DNA of 64,000 bases from a virus. The translations under genes and the position numbers were made by a program. Positions 35,126 to 44,628 of the stretch are shown here, one piece after another. The stretch is from IMG/VR virus record IMGVR_UViG_3300032180_000001, positions 96,001-160,000 of that record. The stretch is one strand, 5' to 3'. Under the pieces are notes generated by a model. That model did no database searches, had not been told where the DNA came from, and saw only the letters and a program-made list of their open reading frames with translations. Positions within the stretch are counted from its first letter, which is position 1; each line of letters opens with the position of its first letter.

Positions 35126-36514
35126 CTAGTGATAATTGAGACCACGAACCGAAGCGTAGGTACTCACTCCATCCGGTGTCCACACATCGCAGACGTCCTC
35201 GTACCCGTTCGTCGATGACAGCGTGACCACTCCTGACCCGACGGTGGTAGCCGCCCCCGTTATCGTCAGTGTCCCTGCGGCTCCTGAAGCTGGCTGCTTG
35301 ACGTGAAGAACAATCTTCTGGGCATACCCGGCGATGATATTCTTGAAAGAGATGGTATTCGCTCCGTTAGCAAGAGTAATCTTGAACGTATTTCCTTCGG
35401 CGTTGTAGATACCGTCACCGACCGCTGCGTAAACAGTCTGGGATCCTGCCTCCAGTACTCCGCCCATAAGTATAGCAGAAAACCCCAGGCCTCTCGTATT
35501 CGCCAGGAAATCTCCGGAGGTATTGCAGTCCATTATCCCGTTGAAGCTAAACTGGTACGTAAACTCCAGGCCGCTTGTCTGCTTGTATGCGGCAGGCGAG
35601 CTGCTGTAGATCCTGATGACTCCTATGTTTCCGTAGAAGTTAAAGCTACCCCCGGCGTTAATCGGGACCGGCCCGACGTTTCCGGCTCCGGCATCCGCTT
35701 CCATGTTGATGTTGATGATGGACTCAAGGATTCCTGCTCCGGTATTCCCGAAGTCAATTCCCTTGCCCGTGTCCGAGGTCCCGCACTTGTTGTTCAGCGA
35801 GAAGTTAAATACGGGACAGGCAAAGAATCTCGATCCGCCCTGGAAGGCCAGTCCTGTCTGATTCGGGTTACAGAGGGTCTTAATGTTGACTGAAGCTCCA
35901 CCGATAACATTCAGACCGGAAGTGTTCCTAGCTAGAACGCCTGTTGTGCAATTACTAGTGTTGAAATCAAAAACACCCCAGTTAGTCCACCCGACCAGGC
36001 TGTCTACCACGATTCCAAGCTGGCCTGCGGCCGAATAATTCTGTGCGCTCACCGATGACTTAGGGCTGTTGATATCTCCGCACACGAACCCTATCGCGTT
36101 AGCCCCGGCATTAGTCCCGTCAACGATAAAACCTGATACATAACCGCCGAGAGAAACAGTCGGGCTGGTAGAACCAATGTTGAACGCTGAGTCGTACTGA
36201 TGAAGCCAGGTATTGTTTCCGGTATGGTTGATTGTCGCGCCGGGAGAGATAAAGTTCTGCTGAACACCAAGAACGTGACCACCGCTGTCCTTATACGTTC
36301 CCGGAGGCAGGAAGATGGTGCCTGGCGACGTCCCAAGTGAAGTGAAAGCGGCAGCGATGGCAGTGCTGCTGTCATTGACTCCGGTAGAATCAGCACCCTG
36401 AACGGTAATCTGCCCAGCTGTCGACCCGTCAGCATTGTGACCAACCAGCAGCCAATTGTTGAGCTGCGTCCCCCAGATATTAGTGCTGCCGCTAACCGTC
36501 GGCAGGGATGCCAT
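35126..36514 (-). CDS. Pectin-lyase-fold (beta-helix) tailspike-like protein
   Basis: VQGADSTGVNDSSTAIAAA...TIFLPPGTYK, the typical beta-helix N-terminal signature; N-terminal anchor shared with 38865-41234. Confidence 0.75.
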   Translation of the reverse strand: MASLPTVSGSTNIWGTQLNNWLLVGHNADGSTAGQITVQGADSTGVNDSSTAIAAAFTSLGTSPGTIFLPPGTYKDSGGHVLGVQQNFISPGATINHTGNNTWLHQYDSAFNIGSTSPTVSLGGYVSGFIVDGTNAGANAIGFVCGDINSPKSSVSAQNYSAAGQLGIVVDSLVGWTNWGVFDFNTSNCTTGVLARNTSGLNVIGGASVNIKTLCNPNQTGLAFQGGSRFFACPVFNFSLNNKCGTSDTGKGIDFGNTGAGILESIININMEADAGAGNVGPVPINAGGSFNFYGNIGVIRIYSSSPAAYKQTSGLEFTYQFSFNGIMDCNTSGDFLANTRGLGFSAILMGGVLEAGSQTVYAAVGDGIYNAEGNTFKITLANGANTISFKNIIAGYAQKIVLHVKQPASGAAGTLTITGAATTVGSGVVTLSSTNGYEDVCDVWTPDGVSTYASVRGLNYH

Positions 36515-36540
36515 GCCACCTCCGCGAGCAACGAGAACCG

Positions 36541-36567
36541 GCTGGCTCCACGCTTACGGCCGCAGCA
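36541..36567 (-). promoter_or_regulatory. Conserved late-leader hairpin copy
   Basis: GCUG-CGG-CC-loop-GG-AGC-CAGC downstream of TGgTACGCT. Confidence 0.7.
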
Positions 36568-36668
36568 TCTTGCTCTTCAGCGTACCAGTCCTGGCTGTCT
36601 CTCGACTGTCTCTGCCAGAAATCTGCCTCAAAACGCTGAGCACCATTGTCACAGCAGCCCCTCCTGGT

Positions 36669-36905
36669 CTACTCCGCCCCAGGCTCTGCTCTGCGAGATG
36701 CTTCTTCCAGGTACACAGCTGCTGCACGCAACCGGATCGGATCATGACCGGCATGACCAATGAAAAGGTTGCAGTTTCCGCAAAGAAGACCCCTGATTAC
36801 ACCGGTTCCATGATCATGGTCGACATGCGGACTTTTACCCTTACCCGTACTGCGGAGAACTCCCTGGAAGCCCCAGCACGTATTTAAGCGGTGTACTGCC
36901 CGCAT
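36669..36905 (-). pseudogene. Truncated endonuclease VII remnant
   Basis: HVDHDHGTGVIRGLLCGNCNLFIGHAGHDPIRLRAAAVYLE without the N-terminal CxxC. Confidence 0.65.
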
Positions 36906-36966
36906 CTAGTTCGCCTGACCCGTATTGCTGCTGCGTCCATACTCTCAGCATTTTCTGTCCTGCCCT

Positions 36967-37917
36967 CTAAACGGCGATGTTAAAGACTGCGGTAACGAGT
37001 GCTCCACCAGGTGTCGCCCAAAGGATCGTATTCCCGGTGAAGTACTGAGTCCCGTTGAGGCGAGCATACCAGGTGCGATTCGGCGTTTGCACGCACCACA
37101 CCAGATCAGCCGTCTCGGCAGTAGCGGTCAGGTCGGCTACCTTGTCCGTTCGCTCCGTTTCACTAATGCAGAGCTGCGCATCCGACGGAAGAGTCTGGGT
37201 CGTGTACCACTCGATTCCGTCTGCGCCCGGGGTTGTAGCCGGCCAGCGATGACCTGGAGTAGTAACCGACGAGTGCGAGGGGCCGTCCATCCGGATGACA
37301 TCGTAAGGACCGTCGTGGAAAACGTGCACCGATGTAACGGGCTGCCATTCCGCTTGCCCGGTAACCGTGTTCAGAGTCAGGCAGATATCGCCAGGGATTA
37401 CCTCGTCGTAACGAAGCCAGCCGCGCTCCGTCATAATTTCAGTATCCGGGCTAACGCAGAACGTTCCGGCCGTGACCGTTTGCGATCCGCCGAAGTAGTT
37501 GAAGCAGAGGCCCTGTTGTGCCGTGCCCGCCCCAGTAATGGTATTATCGTATACCAAACATCCGTAAAAACCGGTCAGCGTTACCGTTCCGCCGCCTGGG
37601 GTGTTTGCCGCCGTAAAGCAGATAGAACTAGAACCGGTGTCGATGGCGAATGCCTTGCCGGTGAGCGCGATACCACCGGCCGCCCAGTTTGTGCTAGTGA
37701 CCTCATTACCAGTGACCCACTGGGCGACAGCGTAGGCTGAGTTGGCAACCGAGACTGTCTTGTCCGGCGCCGTGGTGTTGTTGAATAGCGCGACTTTAAT
37801 CGAGTCGGCGGACAGGCTGCCATAAGTAGGCGGGGCTGCGGTAGTCCAGCACCTGCCCAGAATTGGGTTAAGCGCGGCCTGCTGGAAAATAGCCGATCCT
37901 GCGGTGGCCCAGCTCAT
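36967..37917 (-). CDS. Virion structural protein containing a mini-intein
   Basis: The extein is a paralog of 30661-31128; a Hint domain interrupts ...AGTF|TILW. Confidence 0.8.
   Translation of the reverse strand: MSWATAGSAIFQQAALNPILGRCWTTAAPPTYGSLSADSIKVALFNNTTAPDKTVSVANSAYAVAQWVTGNEVTSTNWAAGGIALTGKAFAIDTGSSSICFTAANTPGGGTVTLTGFYGCLVYDNTITGAGTAQQGLCFNYFGGSQTVTAGTFCVSPDTEIMTERGWLRYDEVIPGDICLTLNTVTGQAEWQPVTSVHVFHDGPYDVIRMDGPSHSSVTTPGHRWPATTPGADGIEWYTTQTLPSDAQLCISETERTDKVADLTATAETADLVWCVQTPNRTWYARLNGTQYFTGNTILWATPGGALVTAVFNIAV
37030..37458 (-). mobile_element. Mini-intein (143 aa, no endonuclease)
   Basis: Starts CVSPDTEIMTERGW; block B TTPGHRW; ends DLVWCVQTPNRTWYARLNGTQYFTGN followed by Thr. 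Confidence 0.9.
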
Positions 37918-37924
37918 AATCGCA

Positions 37925-38110
37925 TCATTCCTTCATTTTCTTCTCGTTGCTGTTTTCTGGCTTGACCGCACCTTGGGCGGCTGCCAAGCCTGCCTGAACG
38001 GTAAAGGCTGGAGGTTCCGGAGACGCCGTCATTGAAGCAGACGCGACTCCACCCAGGGCGAGTGCCTGCTCTCGTTCGGTTTTCAGCCGACGTCGCTGAC
38101 GCTTTCCCAT
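37925..38110 (-). CDS. Small basic hypothetical protein
   Basis: 61 aa in operon context. Confidence 0.45.
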   Translation of the reverse strand: MGKRQRRRLKTEREQALALGGVASASMTASPEPPAFTVQAGLAAAQGAVKPENSNEKKMKE

Positions 38111-38112
38111 GT

Positions 38113-38433
38113 TCAGTCTCCCCGCTTGCCGCTAGCCACTGACAGCCCCTGATCGCGCAAGATGCACGCAGCCGCGTCGAGGGAAACCCAGCCGTACTGA
38201 TAGCCGGCAACCGCAACACTGCCGATGTGGACCTTCTCGCGCTCCTGACGTACATTAGCCAGCTCCGCGCGCAGCGCCCGGACGGTCTTCCGGCGGAAAC
38301 CGAGGTGCTCGGCAATCAGCGGGATATAGTCAACTGATACCCAGCCGGGATTTTCGCGCTCGATCAGGCCCATTCGCTGCAGCTCGCGCACCGCTCGGAT
38401 CGTCGTGTCCATGTCAACGTCGGCAGGATTCAT
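38113..38433 (-). CDS. Hypothetical protein with duplicated GWVSxD motif
   Basis: 106 aa in operon context. Confidence 0.5.
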   Translation of the reverse strand: MNPADVDMDTTIRAVRELQRMGLIERENPGWVSVDYIPLIAEHLGFRRKTVRALRAELANVRQEREKVHIGSVAVAGYQYGWVSLDAAACILRDQGLSVASGKRGD

Positions 38434-38439
38434 GAGCCG

Positions 38440-38769
38440 TCAGTCCCCGAGCCTGAGCTGCGCGAGCCCGGCGTTAGCGGCTAGATCGGTACCCTCGTCG
38501 CGAGTTGTCCTGATCGACATGTACGGCCGGCCATCGTCTCCGGTCGCCTGGATCTCACCGTTCAGGTAATCCTCGCGCTCGACAGCCTCCACCTTGCAGG
38601 CAGTCCCGGCGCGAACGAGAGGCGCGGTGAGGTAATGCAGCCGCGGGCAGGTATGGAACCGTGAAGAGCCGGGGGGTAGCGCGGGGACTCGCTCTGACAG
38701 CCCGCAGTTGGGACATGACCAGTCTTCAAACGGCGTTCGCAGCAGCGGTACGTTCCGCGGCACGTCCAT
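38440..38769 (-). CDS. Zn-ribbon hypothetical protein
   Basis: WSCPNCG...HTCPRL; start MDVPRN lies just after a leader hairpin. Confidence 0.65.
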   Translation of the reverse strand: MDVPRNVPLLRTPFEDWSCPNCGLSERVPALPPGSSRFHTCPRLHYLTAPLVRAGTACKVEAVEREDYLNGEIQATGDDGRPYMSIRTTRDEGTDLAANAGLAQLRLGD

Positions 38770-38794
38770 GCGGCAGCTCCCGGGTTCGGAATCC

Positions 38795-38818
38795 GCCGGC
38801 TCCTGGGTGGCCGCAGCG
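38795..38818 (-). promoter_or_regulatory. Conserved late-leader hairpin copy
   Basis: GCUG-CGG-CC-accca-GG-AGC-CGGC downstream of TGcTATGCT. Confidence 0.7.
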
Positions 38819-38864
38819 CTACTGACCTTCAGCATAGCAGCCTGGACAACACTCGTTCCGCTGG

Positions 38865-41234
38865 CTACTGGAAATAGGTAATCACGAGCGCGTACCCGGC
38901 GGCGCCCTGAGCGCCCGCACCTGAAGACGTGCCGCCTGAGCATGCTCCTCCGCCTCCGCCACCGCCGCCAGTGTTCGCCTGAGGAGATGCCCCCGCCTGT
39001 GCCGCTCCGGTGATCGCCGCCGCCCCGCCACCGCCACCAGGCCCAGTTCCGCCTTGAAAGGCCGGAGCCGTACCGCTAGTCGGAGATGCCCCGCCGACAA
39101 TACCGCCAGCAGAAGTATTGGCACTTGATCCCAGGAATGTATAATAACCGACTCCGCCATTGGCAGCCGTCGGCCCGGAAGCGATCACCCCGCCACCTCC
39201 GCCGCCGCCGCTTGTCGCACCTTGGACTGCGGCATCACTGGTTCCGCCGGTTCCTGTCGTTCCGGTACCACCCGCTCCACCGGTTGTCAGCCCGGATCCG
39301 CCTCCACCGCCGGCTGCCGTTCCCGACGCACCCGGCCCAGCCGCGCCTGCTGCTCCACCGTGCGCCCACAGATAAGAACCGAAAAACGTTCCTGATCCGG
39401 CAACGCCTGGGTTACCCGCGCCAGCCCCCGTAACGGCCGCTCCGCCCGCTCCCCCGGTGCCGAGGGTGACCGCGACCGTGCCGGATAGCTGTGACGCCTG
39501 AAACATGGCCGTCGAATAGCCGCCTCCTCCGCCGCCACTACCGCCGACTGCGGCTCCGCTTGCCTCGAATGCCCCGGATCCGCCGCCACCGCCGTCCGCG
39601 ACGAGGGCGACATAAACAGTCTGCGCTCCAGCTGGCTTCGTCCATGTTGCCGTGGAGGTATAAAAATTGACTTGCGGAGTGACAATTGAAGATCCGGGGG
39701 TGTCTAGATTAGTCCACGAGCCACCCGAACCGGTACCGGTAAAAATAGATTCGAGGTCTCCGGAAGCGACAGCGGTATAAACCCCGGTAGCAGGAGCGTA
39801 GTTAGCGTAGTTCCGGACCGAAATGCTCACCGGGCTGGCGCCGGCTGGAACGATGCAGGTAGCTTTCGGGCCATTCAGCGTCACCAGGTCCAGGTTGACT
39901 CTGCACGGCCGTGTGCTCGCCGATCCGCTGATCGATATAATCGGAGCCTGATAAGCACCTGAGGAATACATCAGAGCTGATATACTATTAAAACTCCACT
40001 GACCGCCGATGACAGTAATAAGCGGATTACCAGCCTGCGGATAAACAGTTGTAAAGGCAATATCCTCAAATGATACCGGAGTCGGACTGAAACTATTGGT
40101 ACCAAGGATAAATTGTGAACTGTTCTGCGACTGAATATTTTTAATTGTCGTCTGACCAGCACTATTATCAGTGAAATAAAAATCACACCAGTTCTGCGCT
40201 GGCTGGGCTCCGAGCAGAGCGAAACTAGAGCAATTTATCTTGTATCCGTAGTAGCACAGGTTAGCATCAACTCCGAGACCCCGGTGATCATAGTTGTTCC
40301 CGTTGCCGCCGCAGCCGAAGGCAAAAGCCACCAACCAGTTCCCGGTGCTGCTCCAGGATCCACCTGCCTGTCCTCCGGTTACGATAACATTTTCTAGCGT
40401 CGTGCCGTCGACCTGTCGGGCACCGTTTCCTTCTAGCGAGAGCCCAGTAATGAATTTAAGAGTACGAATACGAATATCCCGGAAGCAGTTTCCCGAAGTC
40501 GACCGAGCTGCGACATTAGCCGATACAACAGCGACCGTTACGGTAACGGTTCCGGTGGCCGTGCAGTTCTGCGACAGCGTCCACCCGACACCGGAAGTGG
40601 AGGTGAGAACAGTCGTCCCGCCGGGGATGCCGGTACCCGTTACCGTCGCGCCGACGTCGTAGGCCTGAGCCAGAGTGTTAGTTACGACCGCCGACCCGGA
40701 AATAGTTCCGCAGCCCGCGTCGGTCCGGCTGGCCGTCACCCAGTCGAGCCGGATGCCGTCAATGACCTGCTCGGTTCCGTCACCCGTGACCTCGAAGCCC
40801 TCGAACACCCCGTCCGCAGATCCGTTAACGAACAGCACCGCCTGGGTGAACCCGGTTCCGGACGCGCGGATGTTGGTCATCGCCGGGCCGTCGCCGATCA
40901 GCTTGAAGTTCTGCACCGACTGGATAATCAGGTCCGACGTTACTTTGTACGTACCGCGTGGGAGGTAGACCGGTGCGAGCGCTCCCCGGGTATGTGTGGC
41001 TGGAGCAGCATTGCCGGTGGCGGCGTTAATGGCCGCCTGAATCGCAGCGGTGTCATCGGTGGTGCCGTTGCCGGTCGCCCCGTACTGCGGGTCCTGCACG
41101 TTGATGACACCGCTGACACCGTTGACGCTGGCCAGGGATCCGTCAGCCTTGTGCGCGACCCGCAGCCAGGTATTGAGCTGCGTGCCCCATGAGTTCTGGC
41201 TAGCGCCCTGGCTGGGAAGGCTCGGCGTTGTCAT
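38865..41234 (-). CDS. Pectin-lyase-fold tailspike-like protein with C-terminal glycine-rich domain
   Basis: INVQDPQYGATGNGTTDDTAAIQAAINAA...VYLPRGTYKVT; WTKPAGAQTVYVALVADGGGGG. Confidence 0.82.
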   Translation of the reverse strand: MTTPSLPSQGASQNSWGTQLNTWLRVAHKADGSLASVNGVSGVINVQDPQYGATGNGTTDDTAAIQAAINAATGNAAPATHTRGALAPVYLPRGTYKVTSDLIIQSVQNFKLIGDGPAMTNIRASGTGFTQAVLFVNGSADGVFEGFEVTGDGTEQVIDGIRLDWVTASRTDAGCGTISGSAVVTNTLAQAYDVGATVTGTGIPGGTTVLTSTSGVGWTLSQNCTATGTVTVTVAVVSANVAARSTSGNCFRDIRIRTLKFITGLSLEGNGARQVDGTTLENVIVTGGQAGGSWSSTGNWLVAFAFGCGGNGNNYDHRGLGVDANLCYYGYKINCSSFALLGAQPAQNWCDFYFTDNSAGQTTIKNIQSQNSSQFILGTNSFSPTPVSFEDIAFTTVYPQAGNPLITVIGGQWSFNSISALMYSSGAYQAPIISISGSASTRPCRVNLDLVTLNGPKATCIVPAGASPVSISVRNYANYAPATGVYTAVASGDLESIFTGTGSGGSWTNLDTPGSSIVTPQVNFYTSTATWTKPAGAQTVYVALVADGGGGGSGAFEASGAAVGGSGGGGGGYSTAMFQASQLSGTVAVTLGTGGAGGAAVTGAGAGNPGVAGSGTFFGSYLWAHGGAAGAAGPGASGTAAGGGGGSGLTTGGAGGTGTTGTGGTSDAAVQGATSGGGGGGGVIASGPTAANGGVGYYTFLGSSANTSAGGIVGGASPTSGTAPAFQGGTGPGGGGGAAAITGAAQAGASPQANTGGGGGGGGACSGGTSSGAGAQGAAGYALVITYFQ

Positions 41235-41264
41235 GCGGCTGCTCCCGGATCGCGAGTGTCCCCG

Positions 41265-41288
41265 CCGGCTCCGTCTCAGGCCGCAGCG
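41265..41288 (-). promoter_or_regulatory. Conserved late-leader hairpin copy
   Basis: CUG-CGG-CC-ugagac-GG-AGC-CGG downstream of TGaTACGCT. Confidence 0.7.
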
Positions 41289-41306
41289 CTACTGGCCTCT
41301 AGCGTA

Positions 41307-41594
41307 TCAGCCTTGGTTCCGCCCGTTTCGCTGGCTGAGCGCCGCCACATCGAAAACCGTGGCCGGAACCACCTTGCTGCCGCCTCCGGCCATAGAATCA
41401 CGGAGACCCGTCAGGACATCCAGCCAGTTGCCTAGATCTTCAGCGCTGAGCAACGCGGTGAACGTAGTCGAGGCAGACCGCAGCGTGATCACGGCGAAAG
41501 TACCGGCAGGCGCATCGATGGTACCGGTCTCCAGGCGGACGGGCACCTGAGTGAGCAGCTGGTTCGCAGAATCGACGAACGACGGAGTTGTCAC
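41307..41594 (-). CDS. Hypothetical protein
   Basis: 95 aa; GTGA overlap with the upstream gene. Confidence 0.55.
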   Translation of the reverse strand: MTTPSFVDSANQLLTQVPVRLETGTIDAPAGTFAVITLRSASTTFTALLSAEDLGNWLDVLTGLRDSMAGGGSKVVPATVFDVAALSQRNGRNQG

Positions 41595-43081
41595 GGCTTC
41601 TGCCAGATGCCTCGAATGACGTCTACATCATCGAGCACGACCCACCAGCTGTCCGGCGGCCTGGCAAGCAAGTTAACGCCGATGAGCACCGCTCCCCGCT
41701 TCATGTCCTCCTGCACCTTCCGCTCAAGCTGCGCCTGAAGCTCCCGGTCATGGAACGTCAGGTTGAGGAAGATGATGTCCTGATCCCCGTACCCTTCGTA
41801 GCTAAGGGCATCACGACGGCGTACCCCGTCGAGGCCGAGCTTCCGCGCTTGATCGAGATACTCGGGTACTCGCTCGATGCCGGCTACCTCGAGACCAAAA
41901 ATCTCCTGCGCGAGCAGCATCTTAGTACCGATCCCGCAGTTCCCGGTCATCACTACGTTCCCGCCGCGACGCATAACCCAGAAGCCTGTCGGCACGGTAA
42001 AGCAGTAGGCCTTCCCGTCTTCGCTCGGCACCTTCAGGATATCCGTTTTCGGACGGCCTGCCATACCAACCATAGTGTTAGTATTGGCAAACACAGTGTA
42101 GTCAGTAGCATCCCCACGTCGATCTTCACGAAGTACCGCTCGGTACCCGCTGGCGGTCATCGCATACTGAATGAAGTCCGCTGATTCTCGGATACGCGTG
42201 CTAAATCGCCCGGCCCGTGATTCAGTTACACTGCCATCCCAGTGCAGGCATTCCTCTGAGATTACGCGAAGCTGCTCGGTCGAAGCAGGCCAGAACCCTT
42301 CATATGACTTCGTAGACCACGGCGGGATGAAACTGAAACGCACTGTTCGCGTATTGTCGAGTGATTCATGATAAGAAATTCCTGCTGCCGCAAGCAGTTC
42401 ACGTGCACGTTCGATTTTTCGTGGCTTGCGAAACTTCAGAACCGCATTTTCAGGTCGCCGCAGATACCCGTCTGCGTTCACCATAACCTGAACCCTGATC
42501 TGTTCATCGGACAGCTCTACCTTGGTGCTGATCTGCGGGATAAACGTCGTCTGAAACTCGCCACTAACGCCTAGCGCTAGACGACCGTGCTCTGCTGCGA
42601 ACTTTTCCGCCGTCCACACCGTAGGAACGCGACGCCTCTCTGCACCGGTGATCTTCCAGAACAGTACTCGGTGCTCTGCGGACAGACGCTGATTGATACC
42701 GTATTTGGTATGCAGGTCATAAAACTCATCGCATGACTTGACGATATAGCGCTCCGGCTGTACTAGCGCGCCCTCTCCAGTGTCCGGATCGTACTGCATC
42801 ACCGGGCCGCCATCGTAGTCGACGATCCTGCACCAACCTGTCGGCGACAGGTACTCGCTGTCCGCATCAACGCAACCGACCTCGAAGAAAACATCACCAG
42901 AAGCTTCCGGCAGTGCCTCAGCGAGCAAGGAGATGAACTCAGGTACCGAGAACGGCATCCACGGCAGGCTGTCCGGCTTCTCACGTCCGGCCGGATTGGT
43001 CATCCACTCGCGGTCCAGCTTTGCGACCGTGCGAAGCGTGTCAGCGATGTTCTTTGCGATGTGCTTACTGTTCGCGCTCAC
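41591..43081 (-). CDS. Class I SAM-dependent methyltransferase with a LAGLIDADG intein in motif I
   Basis: Spliced product reads FFEVG|CGIGTKMLLA...AGIERVPEY...DIIFLN (184 aa). Confidence 0.82.
   Translation of the reverse strand: MSANSKHIAKNIADTLRTVAKLDREWMTNPAGREKPDSLPWMPFSVPEFISLLAEALPEASGDVFFEVGCVDADSEYLSPTGWCRIVDYDGGPVMQYDPDTGEGALVQPERYIVKSCDEFYDLHTKYGINQRLSAEHRVLFWKITGAERRRVPTVWTAEKFAAEHGRLALGVSGEFQTTFIPQISTKVELSDEQIRVQVMVNADGYLRRPENAVLKFRKPRKIERARELLAAAGISYHESLDNTRTVRFSFIPPWSTKSYEGFWPASTEQLRVISEECLHWDGSVTESRAGRFSTRIRESADFIQYAMTASGYRAVLREDRRGDATDYTVFANTNTMVGMAGRPKTDILKVPSEDGKAYCFTVPTGFWVMRRGGNVVMTGNCGIGTKMLLAQEIFGLEVAGIERVPEYLDQARKLGLDGVRRRDALSYEGYGDQDIIFLNLTFHDRELQAQLERKVQEDMKRGAVLIGVNLLARPPDSWWVVLDDVDVIRGIWQKP
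41939..42874 (-). mobile_element. Intein with LAGLIDADG endonuclease (312 aa)
   Basis: CVDADSEYLSPTGW...LSAEHRV...MVNADGY...LHWDGS...YCFTVPTGFWVMRRGGNVVMTGN followed by Cys. Confidence 0.9.
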
Positions 43082-43248
43082 GCGCTGTCCTCCGGCTCGT
43101 AGTCGTTGTCGATCTTCAGCGGCAAGACCGCGTCCGGGAGTTCCGGCAGCTCCTCGCCTGGCCTAGCGTTGCTCCAGTCGGGCTTGTCACCACCGCGGTG
43201 CTCCTCGGGCGGCAGCTTCGGCTTCTTGACTTCCCTTGTCTCTTCCAC
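43078..43248 (-). CDS. Small acidic/Pro-rich protein
   Basis: RBS ggagg; GTG start; GTGA overlap with the methyltransferase. Confidence 0.45.
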   Translation of the reverse strand: MEETREVKKPKLPPEEHRGGDKPDWSNARPGEELPELPDAVLPLKIDNDYEPEDSA

Positions 43249-43323
43249 GGTTTCCTCCGCTCCTGCTGGTGCCGGTCCGCTGCAGCGGCAACCTACGCTG
43301 CAGCGGACCGAACTGCTGCCACC

Positions 43324-44397
43324 CTACGTCAGACCCCGTACCTGCGGAAAGAGGTTCTGATACGCATCGCGCCATCGGGTCCAGTTTTTCTCGATCGTCC
43401 AGCTTCGAGCATCATCGCGGGCAGCCTCACCCAGCTTCAGGCGAAGGTTTTCGTCAGAAGCCAAAATGCTGAGATACTTGAGCCACTCATGTTCATAGCG
43501 AACGAGGAATCCGTTCTCACCATGCCGGATAAAACCACTGTAAACCGGACAGTCAGTAGCGATCGACGGAATGCCGCGAGCTGCCGCCTCCAAAACCTTA
43601 ATATTGCTCTTAGACAGATCGAATTCGGTAACGGCGAGCGGTGCGAGATTGATGTCGAAGTCAAGCGTCGCGTAATAGCCTTCAGGGTCCTCGTACACCG
43701 GAACCCAGGGGCGGAACTTTGCCCGGTTCCCGACCTTGAAGGTTGGCCGGTAGTCAGTACCGCCGAGATGGAAATCCCAGCCTGAAAATCGCTTCAGGAA
43801 CCTGCGGACTGAACTGGTGATCAGGCTGACATCGATACCGTGACTGGCGCCTCCCTGCCAGCCGATGGACGGGCGCGACCTGACTCGGGGCGTTTCCGCT
43901 GAGCCTGTAACCTGACTGGGCGGTACCGTATCCAGCAGCCAAGCGGGGATGCAATTTGGCAGCACGGCGATGTTCTCGTTCCCGGTATGCTCATGGATAA
44001 CCCGAGCCAGCTGATCGGTGGTCACGGTAACCAGGTCGGAAACTTCGGCCATGTGCGTCACAGCATCCTGGACATCTCCCCGCTGGTAGAGGCTGTAAGC
44101 CTGGAAGTTGATCGGCGAGATGCTGAACACGTCGTCGTCGGTCTCATAGACGAGCCGTGATTGCGGGGTCCGAGCGCGACGCCAGGTTTCCAGCCCACGG
44201 TGCGTATTAAAACGCTGTCCGATGATGATGTCAAAGCCCTGCATGTCCCGGAGCGTGACCGGCGTCCTGTTGCCCTTGTCGTCGCTGGCCGACCGGAAGG
44301 TTACCTCATGACCGTGCTTTTCGAGCTGACGCAAAGGCAATTCAATCCGGTACCAGCAACATCCGCTTCCACCGTCATGACCTGCGAAGATCCTCAC
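43324..44397 (-). CDS. GT-B (GT4-like) glycosyltransferase
   Basis: GCCWYRIELPL...VYETDDDVF...SIGWQGGASH...KSNIKVLEAAARGIPSIATD. Confidence 0.85.
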   Translation of the reverse strand: MRIFAGHDGGSGCCWYRIELPLRQLEKHGHEVTFRSASDDKGNRTPVTLRDMQGFDIIIGQRFNTHRGLETWRRARTPQSRLVYETDDDVFSISPINFQAYSLYQRGDVQDAVTHMAEVSDLVTVTTDQLARVIHEHTGNENIAVLPNCIPAWLLDTVPPSQVTGSAETPRVRSRPSIGWQGGASHGIDVSLITSSVRRFLKRFSGWDFHLGGTDYRPTFKVGNRAKFRPWVPVYEDPEGYYATLDFDINLAPLAVTEFDLSKSNIKVLEAAARGIPSIATDCPVYSGFIRHGENGFLVRYEHEWLKYLSILASDENLRLKLGEAARDDARSWTIEKNWTRWRDAYQNLFPQVRGLT

Positions 44398-44409
44398 TGT
44401 GCTCCCTCC

Positions 44410-44628
44410 TTACCGCTGTACTGACCCTGTTGACCAGATGCCCTGCTCGTAGTGCGTTTTCATCCGGTGGTAGAGAGCGTCCAGCTCAGCGCGGGTCATC
44501 ACGAGAAGCTGACAGCGCAGTTCCTCGTCCGGCTCATCCTCTCGTTCGATGAAGATGCTCGCCTCTACCCAGTCGGTCTCCGCTTCGTTCAGCTCGCTTG
44601 CCTCAAGAGAAATCCGGGACTTACTCAC
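44410..44628 (-). CDS. Acidic hypothetical protein
   Basis: 72 aa; GTGA overlap. Confidence 0.5.
   Translation of the reverse strand: MSKSRISLEASELNEAETDWVEASIFIEREDEPDEELRCQLLVMTRAELDALYHRMKTHYEQGIWSTGSVQR

Noticed and set aside
36880-36892. In-frame TTA in the Endo VII remnant as another hop site
   Set aside because: No landing codon restores a plausible N-terminal Endo VII sequence; treated as decay.
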